This document shows, piece by piece, positions 39,716 through 49,600 of a DNA stretch of 64,000 bases. A program made the position numbers and the translations under genes. The notes beneath the pieces were generated by a model that was given only the letters and a program-made list of their open reading frames with translations, searched no databases and was not told where the DNA came from. Origin of the DNA: Candidatus Shapirobacteria bacterium (GTDB lineage Bacteria; Patescibacteriota; Microgenomatia; UBA12405); assembly GCA_022837635.1 (NCBI GenBank), contig JALHFY010000001.1, forward strand, positions 317,693 to 381,692. The letters run 5' to 3'. The number at the start of each line of letters is the position of its first letter. The stretch's first letter is position 1.

Positions 39716-41295
39716 TGATCAGAACAAAAATACAAAATTGGCTTTTGGAAAATAAAATTGAGGGCAGACTAGAACATCCAGCTGATAAAAAATTTGGAGA
39801 TTTTTCGGTGAGAACCGGCAGTGAGGTTAAATTAACAAAAAATAATTTGGTAGATAAAGTGGAGTTTGTGAGTGGTTTTACTAATATATATTTAAATCCA
39901 GAGCTTTTGATGGACAGAGCTAAAAAAATTAAAAATGGAGAATTTAGAAAAGATTTATCTCAGATAGGTAAAAATAAAAGCATGGTGATTGATTATAGTG
40001 CTCCCAATATCGCCAAAGCTTTTGGAATTGGACATTTGCGGTCTACTAATATTGGTCAAGCGATTTATAATCTTTATGAAATTTTGGGGTGGAAATGTAT
40101 TGGAGATAATCATTTAGGAGATTGGGGAACTCAGTTTGGAAAATTAATTGTGGCGATTAAAAAATGGGGCGAAATGGAAGTGGATAAAATGACTGTTGAA
40201 GATTTAGAAAGACTCTATGTCAAATTTCATCAAGAAGCCAAAAAAGATGAAAGTTTGGTGGAAGAAGGAAGGAACTGGTTTTTAAGATTAGAAAAAGGAG
40301 ATGCTGAAGCTAGAAGTATTTGGCAAAAATGTGTAGAAATCTCTCTTAAAGAATTTAATAAGATTTATGATTTACTAGGAGTGAAAATTGATTATGCTTA
40401 CGGAGAATCATTTTATGAAGATAAAATGGCAGCGGTAGTTGAGATGTTGGTTGATAAAAATTTAATTAAAGAGAGTCAGGGGGCTAAAATTATAGAATTT
40501 GAAAATATGCCACCAGCAATGGTGGAAAAATCTAACGGTACCACTACTTATTTCACTAGGGATTTGGCTACAATTAAGTATAGAGTTGAAACTTGGAATC
40601 CGGACTTAATGATTTATGAAATTGGAGCGGATCAAAGCCTGCATTGCCGACAATTGTTTGAAGCCGCCAGGAAACTGGGTTTTACTAATGATTTTTATCA
40701 CGTAGCCCACGGTTTGATTCGTTGGGAAGGTGGTAAATTTTCGACCAGAAAAGGTGAAACAATTCACTTGTCTGAAGTGATTGATAGAGCCATAAAAGAG
40801 GCGAAAAAAATTGCACCAAATAACAGTCAAGAGCAGATTAAAGCGGTAGCCATCGGCGCGATTAAGTTTAATGATTTGGCTCAAGATCCAAAGAAAGATA
40901 TTGTCTTTGATTGGAAAAGAGTGATGAGTATGGAGGGAAACTCAGGGCCTTATCTTCAGTATACCTATGCTAGATGTAAAAGTGTTATCAATAAAAAACA
41001 AGATACAAAAAACAAGATACAAAAAAAACAAAGTTGGAATGAGGAGGAGATGAATTTGTTGAGGGAGTTTTATAAATTTGAGGAAAAAATAATTGAAGCA
41101 GCTGACAGATTTGCGCCGTCAGTGGTGGCGGAATATCTGTTGAATTTAGCCAGAAGTTATAATGAATTTTATGCTAAAAACCGAATTATTGGGGAAAAAG
41201 AAGAAAGTCGTCGCCTCTTTTTAACTGAAAGCACTGCCAGTATTTTGAAGCAAGGATTGGAATTGTTGGGAATTGAAACGGTGGAAAAGATGTAA
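39715..41295 (+). CDS. argS: arginine--tRNA ligase
   Basis: DYSAPNIAK..GIGHLRST, HLGDWGTQFG, GNSGPYLQYTYAR. Confidence 0.95.
   Translation: MIRTKIQNWLLENKIEGRLEHPADKKFGDFSVRTGSEVKLTKNNLVDKVEFVSGFTNIYLNPELLMDRAKKIKNGEFRKDLSQIGKNKSMVIDYSAPNIAKAFGIGHLRSTNIGQAIYNLYEILGWKCIGDNHLGDWGTQFGKLIVAIKKWGEMEVDKMTVEDLERLYVKFHQEAKKDESLVEEGRNWFLRLEKGDAEARSIWQKCVEISLKEFNKIYDLLGVKIDYAYGESFYEDKMAAVVEMLVDKNLIKESQGAKIIEFENMPPAMVEKSNGTTTYFTRDLATIKYRVETWNPDLMIYEIGADQSLHCRQLFEAARKLGFTNDFYHVAHGLIRWEGGKFSTRKGETIHLSEVIDRAIKEAKKIAPNNSQEQIKAVAIGAIKFNDLAQDPKKDIVFDWKRVMSMEGNSGPYLQYTYARCKSVINKKQDTKNKIQKKQSWNEEEMNLLREFYKFEEKIIEAADRFAPSVVAEYLLNLARSYNEFYAKNRIIGEKEESRRLFLTESTASILKQGLELLGIETVEKM
40994..41021 (+). repeat. heptamer-based tandem repeat inside argS
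   Basis: AAAAACA AGATACA AAAAACA AGATACA (encodes KKQDTKNKIQ). Confidence 0.55.
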
Positions 41296-43620
41296 TTACT
41301 TAAAAATTCTTTTGTAAATTTCGAAATAGTGGGAAACAGGGATATATTTAATATCTTTTTTAACTTCCTTGGGAATATCCACCAGAGATTTTTTATTGTC
41401 GGTGGGGATAAAAATAGTTTTAAGACCGGCGCGATGAGCGGCAATAGATTTCTCTTTAAGACCACCAATTTCCAGGACATTGCCACGGAGGGTAATTTCT
41501 CCGGTCATACCGATATCTCTAGGAACCGCTTGATTTTTAAGAGCCGAAATTAAAGCAGTGGTCATGGTCACCCCGGCAGAGGGACCGTCTTTGGGAGTAG
41601 CCCCCTCAGGCACATGAATATGAATATCAATTTTATGAAAATTGGTTTTAATCCCCCATTTTTGAGCTTGACTGCGAACAAAAGAGATGGCAGCTTGGGC
41701 CGATTCTTTCATAACTGAACCTAGTTTTCCGGTTAAAATTAACTGGCCTTTGCCAGGCATGATATTAACTTCAATAAAGAGAATGTCGCCACCAACAGCA
41801 GTCCAGGCTAAACCAGTAGCAACGCCAACTTCGTCTTTTTTACCTTTGAGTTGAGAAGTGAATTTTTCCGGTCCTAACATTTTCTTAATTAAAGTTCGAT
41901 TATTGAGGTCAACTTTGTTAGTTTTTTTAGTGACAATTTTTTTGGCAACTTTTCTAAACAGTGAAGCCATGACGCGATCTAAACTTCTAACACCGGCTTC
42001 TCGGGTATATTTATCTATCAGGAAACGTAAGGTTTCTTCTGTGAGAGGAGTAATTTGTTTAGGTTTGAGACCATTGGCTTTAAGTTGCTTGTCAATCAAA
42101 TAATCTTTGGCAATGTGATATTTTTCATCCTCGGTATAGCCGGAAAAGTTGATAATTTCTAGACGATCTCTAAGGGCAAAAGGAATAGTAGAAACATCAT
42201 TGCCAGTAAGAATGAAAAAAACTTGAGATAAGTCTAGAGGAAAATCGAGATAATGATCAGTAAAACTGTTGTTTTGTTCAGGATCAAGAGCTTCCAGTAA
42301 GGCAGCGGAGGGATCGCCGCGATAATCGGCGCCTAATTTATCAACCTCATCTAACATAAAGACCGGATTCATGGACTTGGCTTCTTTAATGCCGTTGACA
42401 ATACGACCGGACATGGCACCAACATAGGTGCGACGGTGACCTCGGATCTCGGCTTCATCTCGAATACCACCCAAAGAGGCTCTGACGAAATTTCGACCCA
42501 AAGCGTTGGCAATGGATTTTCCTAGAGAAGTTTTGCCAACACCCGGAGGACCGATAAAACAAAGAATATTGGTTATTTTAGTATCTTTATCTTTTTGTTG
42601 ATTTTTAAGTTTAATGACAGACAAGTATTCCAGAATTCTCTCTTTAACATCTTTAAGACCATAATGATCACGATCTAATAGTTTTTTGGATTTATTCAGA
42701 GAAATAGTGGCATCAGAATATTTACCCCAAGGTAGTTCTAAAACACTTTCCAAATAGGTTCGAAGATAACTGGCTTCGGGAGCCATGGGTCCCATTTCCT
42801 GTAAGCGATCAAGTTCTTTGAGTAATTTTTTCTTGGTAGTCGGAGGAATTTTAGCTTTTTTGATTTTTTTGGCCAATTCATCAGTTTCACTGTCACCGCC
42901 TTGACCTAATTTTTTAAGTTCTTTTTCAATTTGATGTTTACGCTCTTCGAGAACACTACGCTTCATGGCACTATTGAATTTAGCTTGAGTTTTTTCTTCA
43001 ATACTGCGCTCCAAGTCGGCGACTTTCATTTCTTCAATCAAAAGCTCTGTGGCTCGAGTCAATCGATCGCTAACGGAAAGAGTTTCTAATAATGCCTGTT
43101 TTTGGGGAATTTTAGCATTGAGAGAGAAGATAACCTGATCGGCTAAATCTGAAGAAGAGACGCCGGTGGACAATTGCATCATGGCGGGCAGGTCAAACTG
43201 GCGACCCAAGGCGAAGGCTTTTTTAAGTTGAGACAATAGAGCTTCAGCAGATTTTTGAACTTGAGTCACTGGTTCAGTGACTATAGGTAATTCATCACAT
43301 TCGGCCAGAATAAAAGGATCAGTATGAACAAAATTAGTGATATGAATACGAGATAAGCCTTTGACAATAGCATGGAGACTGCCATCAGTTTGTAAAATAT
43401 GTTCAATCCGAGCAATGACACCAACTTGATAGACATCTTTAAGTTCAGGTTTTTCAATATTGGGAGATTTTTGAGCGGTAATGATGACTAAACGATCGTA
43501 TTTATCATAGGCTTCCAATAAAGAATTGCTGGATTCTTTACGACCAAAAAACAAGGAAGTTTCCACAGAAGGAAACAAAACCACATTACGCAGAGGGATT
43601 AGAGGTAGAATTTTTTTCAT
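41296..43620 (-). CDS. lon: Lon protease
   Basis: LON N-domain, GPPGVGKTS, DEAEIRGHRRTY, PKDGPSAG, IGGLKEK. Confidence 0.96.
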   Translation of the reverse strand: MKKILPLIPLRNVVLFPSVETSLFFGRKESSNSLLEAYDKYDRLVIITAQKSPNIEKPELKDVYQVGVIARIEHILQTDGSLHAIVKGLSRIHITNFVHTDPFILAECDELPIVTEPVTQVQKSAEALLSQLKKAFALGRQFDLPAMMQLSTGVSSSDLADQVIFSLNAKIPQKQALLETLSVSDRLTRATELLIEEMKVADLERSIEEKTQAKFNSAMKRSVLEERKHQIEKELKKLGQGGDSETDELAKKIKKAKIPPTTKKKLLKELDRLQEMGPMAPEASYLRTYLESVLELPWGKYSDATISLNKSKKLLDRDHYGLKDVKERILEYLSVIKLKNQQKDKDTKITNILCFIGPPGVGKTSLGKSIANALGRNFVRASLGGIRDEAEIRGHRRTYVGAMSGRIVNGIKEAKSMNPVFMLDEVDKLGADYRGDPSAALLEALDPEQNNSFTDHYLDFPLDLSQVFFILTGNDVSTIPFALRDRLEIINFSGYTEDEKYHIAKDYLIDKQLKANGLKPKQITPLTEETLRFLIDKYTREAGVRSLDRVMASLFRKVAKKIVTKKTNKVDLNNRTLIKKMLGPEKFTSQLKGKKDEVGVATGLAWTAVGGDILFIEVNIMPGKGQLILTGKLGSVMKESAQAAISFVRSQAQKWGIKTNFHKIDIHIHVPEGATPKDGPSAGVTMTTALISALKNQAVPRDIGMTGEITLRGNVLEIGGLKEKSIAAHRAGLKTIFIPTDNKKSLVDIPKEVKKDIKYIPVSHYFEIYKRIFK

Positions 43621-43623
43621 TAT

Positions 43624-43650
43624 TTAGCAGTCTATCATTTTAACTGCTAA
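43624..43650. promoter_or_regulatory. CIRCE-like (HrcA) operator overlapping the lon promoter
   Basis: TTAGCAGTC-N9-AACTGCTAA versus consensus TTAGCACTC-N9-GAGTGCTAA; minus-strand TTGACA(43652-43657)-17 bp-TAGACT(43629-43634). Confidence 0.7.
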
Positions 43651-43693
43651 GTGTCAAAGAGATAATTTAGCATTTTTGGGTTAAAATAAAGCG

Positions 43694-44584
43694 ATGTCAG
43701 ACAAAAAAAAATACGGTATAGTCGCCATCATTGGCAGACCTAATACGGGCAAATCAACTTTATTGAACGCTATTTTACAACAAAAAGTAGCCATCACTTC
43801 TCCCCTACCGCAAACTACCAGGAAAAATATTAATGCAGTTTATGAAGACGAGAGAGGGAAAATTTTATTTATAGATACTCCCGGAGTTTTGGGAAAAGTT
43901 GAGGATTTAATTGGAAAAAAAGTTAATTTAGAGTTGCCAAAAACTTTAAGTAATATCGATGTTTTAGTGGTAGTAGTTGACATTTCTCGACCAAAAAACG
44001 AAGAGGAAAATAAGGTAATTGCTCTGGTGAGAAAAAGTGAGGCCAAAAAAATCTTGGTCTATAACAAAATAGACAAGGCAGTGGGAAGTAAAGATCATTT
44101 TGTGGATTATAATTATTTAGAGGATGAATTTGATGAGTGGGTCAAGATATCAGCCCTAAAAGAAAAAGGAGTTAAAGAAGTGGTCAATAAAATTTTTTCA
44201 CTATTACCGGCAAAAGTTGTCAAGGATAGTAAGACTGTTATAGATAGTCTCCAACAAGTAGATAGGCCGATTATTGACTCAAGTCCAGAAGAATATGTAG
44301 CTGAATTGATTCGAGAGAAAGTTTATCTTTTTTTAAGGGACGAAATCCCTTATAGTATCCAGGTAGTTGTTAAAGAGATTAAGGATAAAGGGAAAATTAT
44401 TATAATTGAGGCAGATATTGTCACTACTACTGACAGATATAAAAAAATTATTATTGGAAGAGGTGGTAAAAAAATAAAAGAGATCGGTTACAACGCTCGT
44501 AAAGAATTAGAGTTAATGACTCAGAAAAAAATTTTTTTAGAATTGGAGGTAAAGGTAGATAAACATTGGATGGAACAGTTTTAA
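43694..44584 (+). CDS. era: GTPase Era
   Basis: GRPNTGKST, QTTR, DTPG, NKID, EIPYS, IIIGRGG KH domain. Confidence 0.95.
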   Translation: MSDKKKYGIVAIIGRPNTGKSTLLNAILQQKVAITSPLPQTTRKNINAVYEDERGKILFIDTPGVLGKVEDLIGKKVNLELPKTLSNIDVLVVVVDISRPKNEEENKVIALVRKSEAKKILVYNKIDKAVGSKDHFVDYNYLEDEFDEWVKISALKEKGVKEVVNKIFSLLPAKVVKDSKTVIDSLQQVDRPIIDSSPEEYVAELIREKVYLFLRDEIPYSIQVVVKEIKDKGKIIIIEADIVTTTDRYKKIIIGRGGKKIKEIGYNARKELELMTQKKIFLELEVKVDKHWMEQF

Positions 44585-44613
44585 TTGACACTCAACAGAC
44601 ATTGTTTTAGACT
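44585..44613 (+). promoter_or_regulatory. sigma70-type promoter for the YtxH-like gene
   Basis: TTGACA-17 bp-TAGACT. Confidence 0.6.
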
Positions 44614-44640
44614 AAATATAGTTATAAATTAAATTTTCAA

Positions 44641-45069
44641 ATGACAAAAAGAAAAGGAAATTGGTTTGCAGCCGGACTCTTGGGAGCAGTAGCCGGTGCG
44701 ATTGGAGGTTTATTATTAGCTCCTCAAAGCGGTAAAAAAACTCGCCAGGAAATTTCAAATTTAGCAGCAGAACTATCGCTGAAGGTTAAAGGCAAAGCTT
44801 TGGAAACAAAAAAAGAGGTAACAGCGGCTTTTGGTAAGTATTCTGAAGAAAGTAGAGTTAAATATGAAAAAATTAAGAATTCTCTGATGGGTAAGGTAGC
44901 TTCTTTGAAAACTGCCGGAGAGAAAATTGATAAGGTTAAATACGGCAAATTAGTAGATGAGGTGGTGGCTGAATTTAGAGATGATTTGAAAAGCACCAAA
45001 AATGCAGCTGTTAAAATCGCTGGTTATCTGAAAAAAGATTGGGAGAAAATTAGAAAATCTTTAGCCTAA
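44641..45069 (+). CDS. YtxH domain protein
   Basis: GLLGAVAGAIGGLLLAPQSGKKTR. Confidence 0.85.
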   Translation: MTKRKGNWFAAGLLGAVAGAIGGLLLAPQSGKKTRQEISNLAAELSLKVKGKALETKKEVTAAFGKYSEESRVKYEKIKNSLMGKVASLKTAGEKIDKVKYGKLVDEVVAEFRDDLKSTKNAAVKIAGYLKKDWEKIRKSLA

Positions 45070-46011
45070 TTCAGTAGCAATTAAATCGTTGAGTTTTTTT
45101 AGACTGTCGGTATCAATAATTGAGACCGACAGTTTTGCTTTCATGGTTTTTTCAGCTTTTTTAAGAGATGCTGAATCAAGTAAATCTGATTTGGTTAAAA
45201 TTAAAATTTCTTTTTTAGAAGCAAGATGACTGGAATAATTAGTTAGTTCTTGACGAACAATATCGTAAGCTGCTTTTAGATCAGGATTATCTACAGCTAG
45301 ACAATGAATTAGCAATTTAGTTCTTTCAATGTGTTTTAGAAATTTAATACCCAAGCCTTTACCGGTACCAGCTCCTGCAATTAATCCTGGAATATCAGCG
45401 ATAACTTTATTACCCTTGGTGACGCCTAAATTTGGTTCCAGAGTGGTAAAAGGATAGTTGGCGACCTTAACATTGGCTGAGGTTAATTCATTAAGTAAAG
45501 AACTTTTACCAGCATTGGGTAAACCGATAAAACCTATATCAGCAATTAATTTCAATTGTAAAAAAACATTTTTAGGATTGACCTTTTGACCGGGTTGAAA
45601 TTCTTGAGGAGTTTGGTTGGTGGCGGAACGAAAATGCCAATTACCCCAACCACCTTGACCACCTTTGGCGCCTAAAAAAATTTCGCCAACAGTGGTTAAC
45701 TCATGACTGGTACCATTATCGTAAGATATAATTGTGCCAATAGGAACTTCTAGAGTAATATCTTTTCCATTTCGACCAGTACGATTATTAGGACCACCTT
45801 TTTGACCATCTTGAGCGGCAAATTTTTTTGAATAACGAAAGAGACTGAGACGACTAATATCAGAAACAGCCTTAAAATAAAGATTGCCGCCATCACCACC
45901 CTTACCACCATCAGGGCCACCTTTGGGACGGGAAGCATCAGAATAAAAATGGACCAGACCATCACCACCGTTACCACCTTTGATAGTAATTCTAGCTTCA
46001 TCAATTAGCAT
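45061..46011 (-). CDS. obgE: GTPase Obg/CgtA
   Basis: Gly-rich Obg fold (GGPDGGKGGDGG), GLPNAGKS, YPFTTLEP, DIPG. Confidence 0.95.
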   Translation of the reverse strand: MLIDEARITIKGGNGGDGLVHFYSDASRPKGGPDGGKGGDGGNLYFKAVSDISRLSLFRYSKKFAAQDGQKGGPNNRTGRNGKDITLEVPIGTIISYDNGTSHELTTVGEIFLGAKGGQGGWGNWHFRSATNQTPQEFQPGQKVNPKNVFLQLKLIADIGFIGLPNAGKSSLLNELTSANVKVANYPFTTLEPNLGVTKGNKVIADIPGLIAGAGTGKGLGIKFLKHIERTKLLIHCLAVDNPDLKAAYDIVRQELTNYSSHLASKKEILILTKSDLLDSASLKKAEKTMKAKLSVSIIDTDSLKKLNDLIATELG

Positions 46012-46014
46012 GGC

Positions 46015-46326
46015 TTATTTTAGCGCATTAAGGTATTCTTGTTTTTGACGAAAACCAATGAGGGTGTTTTTTAGTTGACCTTGATTAAAAATTAGGACGG
46101 CAGGAACTGAAACAATGCCATACTGAGAAGCTAAAGAAGAATTTTCGTCGACATTTAATTTACAGACTTTAACTTGACCGGAAAGTTCATTGGCTAATTC
46201 TTCAATCACTGCTCCTAGCATTTGACAAGGACCGCACCAAGGTGCCCAAAAATCGACTAAAACCGGTAATTCAGACTGAAGAACTTCGGTCTGAAAATTA
46301 TCTTGAGTGAGAGTGATAGTCGCCAT
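46015..46326 (-). CDS. trxA: thioredoxin
   Basis: VDFWAPWCGPC. Confidence 0.95.
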   Translation of the reverse strand: MATITLTQDNFQTEVLQSELPVLVDFWAPWCGPCQMLGAVIEELANELSGQVKVCKLNVDENSSLASQYGIVSVPAVLIFNQGQLKNTLIGFRQKQEYLNALK

Positions 46327-46329
46327 AGA

Positions 46330-46722
46330 TTAATCCTTTTTATTAACTAATTTGGCAGTATAAATAATAGTTTTAAGAGTGCCATCGGAAGCCTCGATAT
46401 GAGTTGAACCAGAGAGAGTGACATACTGAGCCAGATAATCAGAAAGGGCAATTTTTAATTCTTTGATTTGAGCTTGATAATCTTTTATTTTGTCAACTAA
46501 GGTGCTTGATTCAGGTAGTTTAAGAACTTTTTGTTTGGCCAGAGTTTTAAGTTTAGTCGTTTTTTGGGCTTCAGCGGCAGCATCTTTGTATTCTTGGTTA
46601 TTATCTAAGATATCCGAGAGCATTCCAGTTTGAGTTTTGAGTTCCTGAGTTAAAAGTCGCAGTCGATCATCATGACTTTTAATTAGATTCTCGATATTAA
46701 TTAAAGTATCAGAATTGGCCAT
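46330..46722 (-). CDS. coiled-coil hypothetical protein
   Basis: ATG at 46722 (MANSDTLINIENLIK...) avoids overlap with dus. Confidence 0.65.
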   Translation of the reverse strand: MANSDTLINIENLIKSHDDRLRLLTQELKTQTGMLSDILDNNQEYKDAAAEAQKTTKLKTLAKQKVLKLPESSTLVDKIKDYQAQIKELKIALSDYLAQYVTLSGSTHIEASDGTLKTIIYTAKLVNKKD

Positions 46723-46732
46723 ACCGTTTAAT

Positions 46733-47788
46733 TTAACAATTAAGAATTTCTTCTTCAAGAGAACAAAGTTGCTCAATTGAGGTCAACTTAACAATTTCTT
46801 GACGAAGAGCTTTGGCACGAGGGTGTCCGGAAACATATAAAAGAAAATGACGACGTAAAGGATCAAAACGACGATGAGGGAAAATTTTTGAAAAATTTTG
46901 GGCATGTAACAGCATGGCTTGATATTTTTCCGTAAAATTAGCCTGTTTTCCAGTAAAAACCCAAGGGTTACCCATGGCCGCCCGACCAATTAAAACTCCA
47001 GGGAGATGATATTTTTGTGAATATTCCAAAGCTTTTTTATTTGAGTCAATATCACCATTACCAAAAAAATAAACCCCGGCTGATTTGGCTAATTTACCAG
47101 CCCAGGAAATAGCTTGCCAATCAGCTAAACCGGCGTAACCCTGCTTGAGAGTGCGACCATGTAAAGTTAAAAAATCCAAATTAAAATTCAGTAAAAAAGG
47201 AATCCATTTTTGACTGACATCAGTGTCAATACCGAGGCGAGTTTTAACAGAAAGAGTGGGAATAATTTTGCCTTGGTGTGCTGAATATTGCAGATTTCTA
47301 TTAATAGCTTCAATGACCTTTGATTTTAATTTCAGACTATTTATGGAAACTTTATTGGCGGCAAAATTATCAATAGCCGTTTTAACAGAATTAATAATGT
47401 CTCTAGCCAATTGAGGTTGAGCAATCAGGGCTGCACCGGAACCATGTTGAGTCACGGTTTTGGCCGGACAACCGAAATTAATATCGATACCATCAAAACC
47501 CAAATGACAAAGAATTACCGCAGCAGTATAAAAAGATTGAGGATCCTTACCAAATAATTGCCCTACTATCGGACGTTCTTGAGGGGAAAATAAGAGAGTA
47601 TCATAGAGTTTTACCGCATTGTGAGCCAATCCTTCGGCACTGACAAACTCAGTAAAAATTAAATCGGGTTTGGTAATTTGAGTCTGAGTTAATCTAAAAG
47701 CCGCATCAGTAATCCCATCCATAGGAGACAGACCTAAAAGAAATTTGTTGGCATTGAGAAGATTTTTTAGCGCTGTTGTTTGAGCCAT
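46733..47788 (-). CDS. dus: tRNA-dihydrouridine synthase family protein
   Basis: SPMDGITD, QLFG, DINFGCP, GSGAAL, VKTRLG, HGRT, GNGDI, IGRAAMGNPW. Confidence 0.9.
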   Translation of the reverse strand: MAQTTALKNLLNANKFLLGLSPMDGITDAAFRLTQTQITKPDLIFTEFVSAEGLAHNAVKLYDTLLFSPQERPIVGQLFGKDPQSFYTAAVILCHLGFDGIDINFGCPAKTVTQHGSGAALIAQPQLARDIINSVKTAIDNFAANKVSINSLKLKSKVIEAINRNLQYSAHQGKIIPTLSVKTRLGIDTDVSQKWIPFLLNFNLDFLTLHGRTLKQGYAGLADWQAISWAGKLAKSAGVYFFGNGDIDSNKKALEYSQKYHLPGVLIGRAAMGNPWVFTGKQANFTEKYQAMLLHAQNFSKIFPHRRFDPLRRHFLLYVSGHPRAKALRQEIVKLTSIEQLCSLEEEILNC

Positions 47789-48273
47789 TGGGTGAGAGCG
47801 TTAGCAGAAATTGAGAGACGATTCTTAAAGTTGTCGTCATTAATAGAAACCGAAATCAAAGATGAAAATTGTTTAAGAAAATCTTGGTGTTGTTGATAAT
47901 TGCTCAGAAGACGACCAGTAGTATCATGATACTTTTTGTCAGCATGAATTTTTTTTAAAAAAGGATAACTAATATCTAGACTGATTAAAAAAACTTGATA
48001 CTGTGATTGTTGAATATTGGCCTCGATATTTTGCCATTGACGATCGACACTGGCGTCAAAAATAAAGGCTTGGCCTGATTTAAGTAAATCTAAACAACGG
48101 AGCCGAGCACGGCGGCGAAATTCTTCTTCATCAAGGAAGCTTAAATCTTCAATAACCTCAGTTCTAATAACATCATTGGAAAGAATGGGTAGATTGAATT
48201 GATGACTTAGATAATGAGCAATGGGTGATTTGGAAGAGCCGATGGGACCGGCAAAGGTGACTAAGTATTTCAT
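47767..48273 (-). CDS. P-loop kinase-like (AAA_33-like) protein with variant Walker A
   Basis: LVTFAGPIGSSKS, LSNDVIR, FIFDA. Confidence 0.65.
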   Translation of the reverse strand: MKYLVTFAGPIGSSKSPIAHYLSHQFNLPILSNDVIRTEVIEDLSFLDEEEFRRRARLRCLDLLKSGQAFIFDASVDRQWQNIEANIQQSQYQVFLISLDISYPFLKKIHADKKYHDTTGRLLSNYQQHQDFLKQFSSLISVSINDDNFKNRLSISANALTQWLKQQR

Positions 48274-48767
48274 TTCTTTTTATTTCGACGAGCAAACTTG
48301 GCGCCAACACGAGCATGGTGAGTCCGAGAATTATAGACCGATTGACGTTGATGTTTGAAGCTAGTCGGTTTTTTAAGAGTTTTTTTGGAAAAATCTTTTG
48401 ATTTGACTTTTTTTCTTTCAAAACGTTTTTCTTCACGTTCACGTCTCTCTGGATGACGATCGAGAGCCTCTTGATGGCGAGCTTGACCCTCAGGAGTGAG
48501 AAAGGGATCAGGTTGAGCATAGTCAACAATAATAGACAAATCCCCTAATTTATAACCATGTAGGGCAGTTTTAGCAGCTACCGCCTCATCTAAATTTTCA
48601 AATTCAACAAAGGCTAAGCCACGACTTTTGCCCCAGCGATTATGCATAATTTTGACAAAAACTACCTTACCAAAGGGAATAAAAAGACTAAGTAACTCCC
48701 CTTCCGTATAACGATAAGGCAAGGAGCCGACAAAAAGACGTTTACTGGGTGAAAAACTTTTTTCCAT
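48270..48767 (-). CDS. RRM RNA-binding protein with basic C-terminal tail
   Basis: RNP2 LFVGSL, RNP1 RGLAFVEF. Confidence 0.9.
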   Translation of the reverse strand: MEKSFSPSKRLFVGSLPYRYTEGELLSLFIPFGKVVFVKIMHNRWGKSRGLAFVEFENLDEAVAAKTALHGYKLGDLSIIVDYAQPDPFLTPEGQARHQEALDRHPERREREEKRFERKKVKSKDFSKKTLKKPTSFKHQRQSVYNSRTHHARVGAKFARRNKKK

Positions 48768-48775
48768 ACAGGGAT

Positions 48776-48785
48776 ATTATATAAT
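48776..48785. promoter_or_regulatory. palindromic bidirectional -10 element
   Basis: ATTATATAAT in the 25-bp gap between divergent ATGs at 48767 and 48793. Confidence 0.5.
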
Positions 48786-48792
48786 AATTGTC

Positions 48793-49437
48793 ATGTTTGA
48801 ATATGAAAGACTGGTTTTAGGAGAATTAGAGACCAATTGCTACCTATTATGGGAGAGTAAAAGTCGGGAGGCGGTAGTGATAGACGCCGCTGACAGTGCG
48901 GAAACAATTTCTGAAGAAATCGAAAAAAGACAATTGAAACTAAAATATGTGATTTCAACTCATGGCCATTTTGACCACAATTTAGCGGCATTGGATTTGA
49001 AATTAATTTATCAAGTGCCTTTTTGTGCCAGTCAAAAAGATTTCTTTTTATTAGAAAGACAACAAGAAAGTGCCAATCATTTTTTGGGAGCAAAAACTCA
49101 AGTACCGAATTTTAAGAAAATTGATATTGATTTAGACAAAACAGAGAGTTTAAGTTTGGGTAAACAAAAAATAAAAATTATCAAAACACCTGGACATACT
49201 CCAGGAGGAGTATCAATTTTGGCGGATAAATTTTTATTTGACGGGGATTTGATTTTCGCCGGAGGGATGAGAGGTGATACCAGACATCAATACAGTTCAA
49301 ATCGGTTGATTTTTAGAAGCATTTGTAAGGTTTTGGATCTCCCTGATGATATAGAAATATTGCCGGGACATGGGGAAAAAACGACTGTGGCTGAAGCCAG
49401 AGAGCTGTTTAATTGTCAGTATTGCGAATGGAATTAA
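48793..49437 (+). CDS. metallo-beta-lactamase fold hydrolase (glyoxalase II-like)
   Basis: TNCY, THGHFDH, TPGHTPG, GDLIF, LPGHG. Confidence 0.9.
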   Translation: MFEYERLVLGELETNCYLLWESKSREAVVIDAADSAETISEEIEKRQLKLKYVISTHGHFDHNLAALDLKLIYQVPFCASQKDFFLLERQQESANHFLGAKTQVPNFKKIDIDLDKTESLSLGKQKIKIIKTPGHTPGGVSILADKFLFDGDLIFAGGMRGDTRHQYSSNRLIFRSICKVLDLPDDIEILPGHGEKTTVAEARELFNCQYCEWN

Positions 49438-49579
49438 TGGTCTCTTCAAAGCTTTGGTGATTATCCTGCTGAAGAGAAGCCAGGAGCTCAATTACTGAAT
49501 CTTCAAAATATTTTTTAATCGCTTGGGTCTGATCGGGGGTGAGTTTAAGTTCAATAGCTAGTTCGTCGATAGTTTTCAT
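49409..49579 (-). CDS. small helical hypothetical protein (56 aa, below the track cutoff)
   Basis: Manual translation MKTIDELAIELKLTPDQTQAIKKYFEDSVIELLASLQQDNHQSFEETINSIRNTDN; TATAAT 7 nt upstream. Confidence 0.55.
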   Translation of the reverse strand: MKTIDELAIELKLTPDQTQAIKKYFEDSVIELLASLQQDNHQSFEETINSIRNTDN

Positions 49580-49600
49580 ATATAGAATTATACACTGTTA

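Noticed and set aside
47767-48273. P-loop protein as a pseudogene because of GPIGSSKS
   Set aside because: The ORF is intact, overlaps its neighbours operonically and keeps the Lys-Ser; better treated as a variant
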